From positions 17,546,001-17,610,000 of the forward strand of contig CATNEN010000001.1 in the NCBI GenBank assembly GCA_950097015.1: DNA of 64,000 bases, given 5' to 3'. Position numbers and translations under genes: made by a program. The notes beneath the pieces are model-generated. The model did no database searches and was not told the origin of the DNA. It saw only the letters and a program-made list of their open reading frames with translations. This document shows, piece after piece, positions 55,520-64,000 of this stretch. Origin of the DNA: Macrostomum hystrix. Its lineage: Eukaryota > Animalia > Platyhelminthes. How positions within the stretch are numbered: position 1 is the first letter of the stretch; every line of letters begins with the position of its first letter.

Positions 55520-56434
55520 GACGAGACACTGTCTAGGCTGGTTTTGCTTCGTCATTTCTTTTTGAAAACAGCTTAGCACAATGGACTGAATGAACTTTCA
55601 AGTTCCAAGCTGTTGGTGCTGATTACTAGCTTAAAAAATAAATACTAAGTCATATATCCGAATTTTGAAACATTGCTCTTGATATAGGTTTATAGGCCTC
55701 ATAAAAATAATTTATTGATGGATTCTCGGATTATCTCGGATTCATCTACTGACAAACATATAAAGTACGGTACAGAAGTTGTACTGACTTTAGGTTAAGC
55801 CAGATACACACACATATATATTTATTATTTTGATATGGGCTAGTGTTTGTTAAACTCTGACTTACCTCATTATTGGCTTCGTTGCACACCTCATTTTGCT
55901 CATAGATGAGTATAAGTTCATGAAGAATGCTTCCCTTTAATTTCCGTTTCTCTGAGGGATGTCATATCGTGTGACATTCACAAAATCGTGCTGTGCATCC
56001 ACAAGCTACATGTATATATCTTACTGATAATTTGTAAACGGCTTCTTAAGTAAGTTGTAATAACTCAAAGGCAGAAGTAAGGCCAGAATTGAAACACACA
56101 GTAAAGAACCAGTCTGATATCGCGGCTCCTTATATATGCGTTCATGCAGTCTAATTTCCAGACAGATCCCAGACAGACGGCCCAACCCAGTCGCACGCAA
56201 ACCAAGCATGAGACTCAAACAACAGCAGACAGTGGTGACAAGTGCATGCAAACGGCAATAGGTGCCCACAAGCTCCAGTTCAAGTTTATAACTCTGGCTA
56301 CAATAGTACTAATTAAGTAGTCTGTGTGCTGCGAAACAACAACAACAACAACAACAATATACGCCAGGTCTCTCCATGGAAACTGGAGAAACTGCAGGGA
56401 AACTGGGAAACTGGCTGCGAAACGCATGCAGTTA

Positions 56435-58650
56435 AGGCCAAGCGTGGCACCAATTGTTGGTTTCTTGAATTTTCCTAAACGGCAATAGGTGCCCACAAGC
56501 TCCAGTTCAAGTTTGTAAATCTGGCTACAATAGTAATTAAGTATAGTCTTTGTAGTGCGAAAATCATGTAGTTGAGGCCAAGCGTGGCACCAATTGTTGG
56601 TTTCTTGAATTTTCCTAAACGGCAATAGGTGCCCACAAGCTCCAGTTCAAGTTTGTAAATCTGGCTACAATAGTAATTAAGTATAGTCTTTGTAGTGCGA
56701 AAATCATGTAGTTGAGGCCAAGCGTGGCACCAATTGTTGGTTTCTTGAATTTTCCTAAACGGCAATAGGTGCCCACAAGCTCCAGTTCAAGTTTGTAAAT
56801 CTGGCTACAATAGTAATTAAGTATAGTCTTTGTAGTGCGAAAATCATGTAGTTGAGGCCAAGCGTGGCACCAATTGTTGGTTTCTTGAATTCTCCTAAAC
56901 GGCAATAGGTGCCCACAAGCTCCAGTTCAAGTTTGTAAATCTGGCTACAATAGTAATTAAGTATAGTCTTTGTAGTGCGAAAATCATGTAGTTGAGGCCA
57001 AGCGTGGCACCAATTGTTGGTTTCTTGAATTTTCCTAAACGGCAATAGGTGCCCACAAGCTCCAGTTCAAGTTTGTAAATCTGGCTACAATAGTAATTAA
57101 GTATAGTCTTTGTAGTGCGAAAATCATGTAGTTGAGGCCAAGCGTGGCACCAATTGTTGGTTTCTTGAATTTTCCTAAACGGCAATAGGTGCCCACAAGC
57201 TCCAGTTCAAGTTTGTAAATCTGGCTACAATAGTAATTAAGTATAGTCTTTGTAGTGCGAAAATCATGTAGTTGAGGCCAAGCGTGGCACCAATTGTTGG
57301 TTTCTTGAATTTTCCTAAACGGCAATAGGTGCCCACAAGCTCCAGTTCAAGTTTGTAAATCTGGCTACAATAGTAATTAAGTATAGTCTTTGTAGTGCGA
57401 AAATCATGTAGTTGAGGCCAAGCGTGGCACCAATTGTTGGTTTCTTGAATTTTCCTAAACGGCAATAGGTGCCCACAAGCTCCAGTTCAAGTTTGTAAAT
57501 CTGGCTACAATAGTAATTAAGTATAGTCTTTGTAGTGCGAAAATCATGTAGTTGAGGCCAAGCGTGGCACCAATTGTTGGTTTCTTGAATTTTCCTAAAC
57601 GGCAATAGGTGCCCACAAGCTCCAGTTCAAGTTTGTAAATCTGGCTACAATGGTAATTAAGTATAGTCTTTGTAGTGCGAAAATCATGTAGTTGAGGCCA
57701 AGCGTGGCACCAATTGTTGGTTTCTTGAATTTTCCTAAACGGCAATAGGTGCCCACAAGCTCCAGTTCAAGTTTGTAAATCTGGCTACAATAGTAATTAA
57801 GTATAGTCTTTGTAGTGCGAAAATCATGTAGTTGAGGCCAAGCGTGGCACCAATTGTTGGTTTCTTGAATTTTCCTAAACGGCAATAGGTGCCCACAAGC
57901 TCCAGTTCAAGTTTGTAAATCTGGCTACAATAGTAATTAAGTATAGTCTTTGTAGTGCGAAAATCATGTAGTTGAGGCCAAGCGTGGCACCAATTGTTGG
58001 TTTCTTGAATTCTCCTAAACGGCAATAGGTGCCCACAAGCTCCAGTTCAAGTTTGTAAATCTGGCTACAATAGTAATTAAGTATAGTCTTTGTAGTGCGA
58101 AAATCATGTAGTTGAGGCCAAGCGTGGCACCAATTGTTGGTTTCTTGAATTTTCCTAAACGGCAATAGGTGCCCACAAGCTCCAGTTCAAGTTTGTAAAT
58201 CTGGCTACAATAGTAATTAAGTATAGTCTTTGTAGTGCGAAAATCATGTAGTTGAGGCCAAGCGTGGCACCAATTGTTGGTTTCTTGAATTCTCCTAAAC
58301 GGCAATAGGTGCCCACAAGCTCCAGTTCAAGTTTGTAAATCTGGCTACAATAGTAATTAAGTATAGTCTTTGTAGTGCGAAAATCATGTAGTTGAGGCCA
58401 AGCGTGGCACCAATTGTTGGTTTCTTGAATTTTCCTAAACGGCAATAGGTGCCCACAAGCTCCAGTTCAAGTTTGTAAATCTGGCTACAATAGTAATTAA
58501 GTATAGTCTTTGTAGTGCGAAAATCATGTAGTTGAGGCCAAGCGTGGCACCAATTGTTGGTTTCTTGAATTTTCCTAAACGGCAATAGGTGCCCACAAGC
58601 TCCAGTTCAAGTTTGTAAATCTGGCTACAATAGTAATTAAGTATAGTCTG
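56435..58650 (+). repeat. 140-bp satellite, ~16 near-identical copies (diverged leading copy from ~56250)
   Basis: Period of 140 is visible in the sequence and in the ORF track. Confidence 0.97.
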
Positions 58651-59267
58651 TGTGATGCGACGCCGCAGGCTTACTTATTGACCCCGGATTTCGACAGGGA
58701 TCGCTTCTACGTCTATCCCAGAATACGGGGAATCAAATCCCATCGAAATTCATCATAGTTAAGGGGCATCCCGAAATCACTTTTGTCAGTGGTACCCCCG
58801 TCAAAATGACAAGCCTTGACAGGCAGGGCGGTATCGACTTTGAGTGGACCCCATTTGAAAACCGCTTCATCTAGAGAGATGAGACTGACGTTGTCTGGTA
58901 GGTCAGTAGATTTAGCGTCAGATGTTGTTAATTCCGTCGATAGATTTGCTGCCGTTGTATTGTACTAAGAGCGATAATTGTACTATCTGACGATTGTGGT
59001 TTCATGATTTCAAATGATTTCTACTTGAACTTATTAACCTGGAAAGTCACCTAGAAAATCTGACGAAATACATGCGAAAACATTTCAAGTACCTAGCCGA
59101 TTGCTAGCTACTGCTTCCATACTATTAGGTACTATGTTTTCTAAACTATTTTTGGACGGGAAATTCATTCTAGGCGGTCCGAGCTCAATATCTTTTGAGG
59201 AAAAAAGTTATGACCGTTTTCTTACTTTTTAGTAATTTTATCGACTCTGACTATGTCAGTAGTATAC

Positions 59268-59762
59268 TTTCTCCTCTCTGTGGCTCACTCTCTCCTCTCT
59301 GTGCCCTCACTCTCTCCTCTCTGTGCCCTCACTTTCTCCTCTCTGTGCCCTCACTTTCTCCTCTCTGTGCCCTCACTTTCTCCTCTCTGTGCCCTCACTC
59401 TCCTCTCTGTGCCCTCACTCTCCTCTCTGTGCCCTCACTCTCCTCTCTGTGCTCTCACTCTCCTCTCTGTGCCCTCACTTTTCCTCTCTGTGCCCTCACT
59501 CTCCTCTCTGTGCCCTCACTCTCCTCTCTGTGCTCTCACTCTCCTCTCTGTGCCCTCACTCTCCTCTGTGCCCTCACTCTCCTTTCTGTGCCCTCACTCT
59601 CCTCTCTGTGCCCTCACTTTCTCCTCTGTGCCCTCACTTTCTCCTCTGTGCCCTCACTTTCTCCTCTGTGCCCTCACTCTCTCCTCTCTGTCACCTCACT
59701 CTCTCCTCTGTCACCTCACCCTCTTCTCTGTCACCTCACCCTCTTCTCTGTCACCGCACCCT
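59268..59762 (+). repeat. Pyrimidine-rich 19-22-bp minisatellite (CTCTCCTCTCTGTGCCCTCA)n
   Basis: Seen directly; a short version lies at ~24650-24750. Confidence 0.95.
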
Positions 59763-60127
59763 GTGATTCCAAGAAAGAAGTAATAATAATAACATAATAG
59801 TAATTTTAGTCAGTATACCTTGCAGCAGGTCACCTATGCCGTGCCTGTGCGGCACAATTTTTGCGAATGAGATGCGCTGATATTTTTGATAAATTAGCTT
59901 ATATATTTTCCCTGAAGTTTGACACGGAAAAGAATTGGTGAAAAGTCCTAGTTAGACAGAAACATTAATTGAACAAAGTACAGACCCTCACGTAAAAACA
60001 CATACAGTGCATGCACAGTGAGCATAAAGAAAGCAGGAATTAGAGTTTGAGATTTTATCATTGTCAAACGCGTTTAGAACTTCAGAACTCTCTCCTCTCA
60101 CTCCGCTGCTCGTTTGCAAGGGAGCAC

Positions 60128-60770
60128 GACCATTGAAGAAATTGCATGACTACCAGGGAAAACTGAATAATTTAGTCATCGGAACATATTCTGAACAGTT
60201 TGACTCTAGCTCTCCTCTGACCATCCAAGAAATTGCATGACTACCAGGGAAAACTGAATAATTTAGTCATCGGAACATATTCTGAACAGTTTGACTCTAG
60301 CTCTCCCCTGACCATCCAAGAAATTGCATGACTACCAGGGAAAACTGAATAATTTAGTCATCGGAACATATTCTGAACAGTTTGACTCTAGCTCTCCTCT
60401 GACCATCCAAGAAATTGCATGACTACCATGGAAAACTGAATAATTTAGTCATCGGAACATATTCTGAACAGTTTGACTCTAGCTCTCCTCTGACCATCCA
60501 AGAAATTGCATGACTACCAGGGAAAACTGAATAATTTAGTCATCGGAACATATTCTGAACAGTTTGACTCTAGCTCTCCTCTGACCATCCAAGAAATTGC
60601 ATGACTACCAGGGAAAACTGAATAATTTAGTCATCGGAACATATTCTGAACAGTTTGACTCTAGCTCTCCCCTGACCATCCAAGAAATTGCATGACTACC
60701 AGGGAAAACTGAATAATTTAGTCATCGGAACATATTCTGAACAGTTTGACTCTAGCTCTCCCCTGACCAT
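60128..60770 (+). repeat. 91-bp tandem repeat, 7 copies
   Basis: Same unit as 25116-25587. Confidence 0.95.
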
Positions 60771-61189
60771 TGTTGCCACACCTGGGCTAAATTACTCTAG
60801 CTAAGTGTAATGACTATAGGTAAGTCAAATACATGCACAAGTAGGATTGCAGGCAAGCAGACACGAAAGGTGTACACACGCATATGAGCATTGACACTTG
60901 TATGCATATGAACGCATATGAAGCAATTATGAAGTCAGATTGGCCGAGTTCGCATAACAACAAAACGCCTTGGACGACTGGAGGGAATTGAAAAATGACA
61001 TTAGACAAGGCTAAAGGCGTAGAAGTGCGTAGCCACGTACCTTTAATTGTGAAAATATTTATAAAAGCTAAAATAGCGTTAGCAAGATGCTTCTTCAAAG
61101 ATTGGTCACAATGGTTGAAAGACCAGAAACACCGCCTAAAAAATTGTATGGATCGTCATTTCCATTGTGTTGAATGCTCGCGCACGTCA

Positions 61190-61726
61190 TCATGTTGACA
61201 TCGCGCACGTCATCATGTTGACATCAGAATTGTAGCTTAAAGCTGCAGCGGAGCGTTGATTACAACTGTAGTCTTGGGCCCCAGGCACCTGTGGATTTAA
61301 ATCAACTGAATGAGCACTCGTAGGTTGACCAGCTGCTGGAAGAGCCGGCGATATTTCGTTGGCAGGAGTTTTACCACCAACAGCGATGTTGCGTAGCTCG
61401 TCAATGAAACTTAATGCAGCAAGGTTAGCAGCTTTGAAGTCCTCAGTCGTGATGATGATTCTATCGCCTCCTCTTCTCCCGCGATTGTTAATGAGCATGT
61501 GCATATCGAATCCCGAAGTGATAGTAGAGCAATATGGACAGAGATAAAAAATAGGAGACAACTCCAGCTTATGTTGTAGGCGACAGTAGCGAAAGTTGGC
61601 GTCGATTCGCCTTTCAGATAGGTCCGGATGAGCTCTGCGGCAATGCTGTTTAAAACCTGATGCCCTGCTACTCCAGTGGCACTGAAGACACGTAATCGCG
61701 GCGTGAATGTTGGGAGGTGTCATCAA
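61190..61726 (-). CDS. Small zinc-finger-like protein (paralog of 62639-63373)
   Basis: CLQC...HCRRAH and CPYC...H motifs; the 3' end is disturbed by a 23-bp duplication near 61180-61222. Confidence 0.5.
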   Translation of the reverse strand: MMTPPNIHAAITCLQCHWSSRASGFKQHCRRAHPDLSERRIDANFRYCRLQHKLELSPIFYLCPYCSTITSGFDMHMLINNRGRRGGDRIIITTEDFKAANLAALSFIDELRNIAVGGKTPANEISPALPAAGQPTSAHSVDLNPQVPGAQDYSCNQRSAAALSYNSDVNMMTCAMST

Positions 61727-61989
61727 CTTTCAATGGAAGTGATGCTGGCCTGAAATTTATTCGAGATTGAAGTTTGAAACGTTGACAATTAAAGCTAGAC
61801 CCTAAATGAAGGCGTGAACGCTAATATATAAACGCTAATAAGGACATTGATCTGCCATGCATATAATTGTATAAAGCAGGCAGTCTATTCTCAAATGCAC
61901 ATGTATCTCCATTTGTCCTAGTTGTTCCCTGCACAGCCAACTAATGAGCAGAAAGAAAGCGCATCTAAAAAACAAGCAATTAAAAAACG

Positions 61990-64000
61990 AAAACGCGAAA
62001 CACTGTTTAGGAGCCCCTCCATTTATTTGACAGACAATGAAACTGTGAGCTATATAATAATAATAAAACGGAATTGAACGGAAAAGCTGATAAATGAACG
62101 AATTTAATAGTGTCATTAGTCCCACGAATAAAAACAACTAACGTAAGTACACTGCCAGTCCGCTGGATAGTGCAAACATGCACGGTAAAATTGGCAGCGC
62201 ACGGTAATTAGCAGATTTTATTCGCGCTCAACGAGTCCGCCGCGAGAAGGCTGACACATGGGCTCATAGCGCTTTAAAATGTAGCGCTTCACAGCACATT
62301 GAATTGCATGTGCAAAGTGACCTGTATAATTTTGCTAGTTGAAAGAAATATGTGTCCAAACTTTGGGCTTACTGGTATTAATTTTAGCGCTCTTAAACTT
62401 AACGCTTCACAGCACATTGTATTGCATGTGCAAAGTGACCTGCAAAAAATTTGCTAGTTGAACGAATTGTATCCAAAATTTGGGCTTACTGGTATTCATT
62501 TTAGCGCTCTTAAACTTAACGCTTCACAGCACCCACACAAAAGTAGGTGCAGAGTGACTTGCTGTAATTGGCTCTGTCGATATACCAATTTTTCCATGGG
62601 ATAGGGGTGGTATGGTATTTTGTTCCAACAGGAAGACCTCAGGTAGCAAATTTTATGGGAGACGAGGTGGGAATTTTCGGGTTATATCGGGTCAAGTTGG
62701 TAGCAGATTTACGCAAGACAATAGGCGGTAAGGGTTTGACGCAATAAGGGACTCTTGGAGGAATCACAAATGGTAATGGGTTTCGACAGATTTTAGCTGG
62801 AACTCGATGAGTTTCTGGCGTAGGTTTAGGACTTTTAGGAGCACCTTCAGAAGAGTTGCAGCGCTCTTCCTGCTGCTGCTGTTCTGCGGGAAGTTTTGTT
62901 GACGCACTCGTCTCTTGGCTGGTTGCTGATGTAATTTGTACCTCGCCGATATCCTTGTACATCTCAACCAGGATAGATAGCTGACTAGCAGCGAACTCAA
63001 GTTCCATGTATTGGAGTGGATGCTTGTCTTCTGTAGCAAGTTTGTGAAGTTCTGCTACACGCCGCGAACCTAATTCGCGTAATTTCAGGACAGCCGCACG
63101 ACCCGAGAGGGCTTTGCGGCGGTATGTAGAGCCATATTCAGGTACGTGGCATCTCTTAAAATGCGCTCTTTGGTGAGAAATCAGAGCCCCGCATATCGGA
63201 CAGAGACACACCGGCTTCGCTTTTGAAGTCGCCTTCGCGAAGTCAATCATCGCCTGAATCCTGTCATCCTCCAGAGCGGGGTGCCTTTTCTCGCAATGCC
63301 TCCAAAGCATGTAGGATCGACCAGTCCAATTGGAACAGACAAGACAGGACACTTTCGCGTGTTTGTTGGGCATGGTAAGTTTTGTGTGTTTACAGTTTGA
63401 AGTTTAAAGTTTTTTTAAGTTGCCTGCTTTTCGCTGAAATCGGTGACGTATACAGGCGCAAGTATGTAATTTGTAATTATGTAAATGCTAAAAAAGGAAA
63501 ATACGTTTATCAAGCACGGCAAGCAATGAAAAAATAAGAACGAGAAACGCTGTTTAGGAGCCCCTCCATTTATTTGACAGACAATGAAACTGTGAGCTAT
63601 ATAATAATAATAAAACGGAATTGAACGGAAAAGCTGATAAATGAACGAATTTAATAGTGTCATTAGTCCCACGAATAAAAACAGCTAACGTAAGTACACT
63701 GCCAGTCCGCTGGATAGTGCAAACATGCACGGTAAGATTGGCAGCGCACGGTAATTAGCAGATTTTATTCGCGCTCAACGAGTCCGCCGCGAGAAGGCTG
63801 ACACATGGGCTCATTAAATTAGCGCTTTAAAATGTAGCGCTTCACAGCACATTGAATTGCATGTGCAAAGTGACCTGTAAAAAATTTGCTAGTTGAAAGA
63901 AATATGTGTCCAAACTTTGGGCTTACTGGTATTAATTTTAGCGCTCTTAAACTTAACGCTTCACAGCACTCACACAAAAGTAGGTGCAGAGTGACCTGCT
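61990..64000. repeat. Duplicated upstream region of the two zinc-finger ORFs (~61990-62560 vs ~63540-64000)
   Basis: TGTTTAGGAGCCCCTCCATTTATTTGACAGAC...GGTGCAGAGTGAC occurs twice. Confidence 0.9.
62639..63373 (-). CDS. Protein with two C2H2-like zinc-finger motifs, 244 aa
   Basis: CLVC...HCEKRH and CPIC...HFKRCH; the N-terminus aligns with the 61726 ORF (PNxHA..CLxC.W..R.....HC...HP.L...RI.A). Confidence 0.6.
   Translation of the reverse strand: MPNKHAKVSCLVCSNWTGRSYMLWRHCEKRHPALEDDRIQAMIDFAKATSKAKPVCLCPICGALISHQRAHFKRCHVPEYGSTYRRKALSGRAAVLKLRELGSRRVAELHKLATEDKHPLQYMELEFAASQLSILVEMYKDIGEVQITSATSQETSASTKLPAEQQQQEERCNSSEGAPKSPKPTPETHRVPAKICRNPLPFVIPPRVPYCVKPLPPIVLRKSATNLTRYNPKIPTSSPIKFAT

Noticed and set aside
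56215-59797. Repeated 96-aa ORFs and Leu/Ser/Cys/Pro-rich ORFs
   Set aside because: By-products of satellite periodicity; non-ATG starts and low complexity.
54542-60770. 62-, 140- and 91-bp arrays as CRISPR-like loci
   Set aside because: Units are contiguous near-identical monomers with no unique spacers and no cas genes; the context is eukaryotic.

Overview
Repeat-dense eukaryotic window, probably an invertebrate animal (GT-AG introns, transposons, satellites; no prokaryotic features). From left to right it holds: (1) a ~15.6-kb tandem array of a ~1.09-kb unit carrying 13 complete copies of a small orphan ORF, preceded by a hairpin cluster; (2) a duplicated, decayed multi-exon region; (3) a frameshifted Crypton-like tyrosine recombinase remnant; (4) a degenerate LINE ORF2 followed by a 5'UTR and a truncated AlkB-containing ORF1; (5) a complete 5,434-bp CACTA/EnSpm (CMC) DNA transposon with TIRs, a 2-bp TSD and a spliced accessory gene; (6) an apparently intact Jockey/I-group non-LTR retrotransposon; (7) several satellites and small double-C2H2 ORFs. 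The most notable feature is ORF1 of the intact retrotransposon, which fuses a catalytically complete ALKBH2/3-type Fe(II)/2OG dioxygenase to gag-like CCHC knuckles. A second, diverged AlkB-ORF1 in the window indicates a stable family rather than a one-off capture. The two copies share a covarying 5'UTR RNA structure, and in the intact copy a perfect 15-bp inverted repeat brackets ORF2. All domain calls come from motif recognition by eye; no database searches were run, and some boundaries are approximate.
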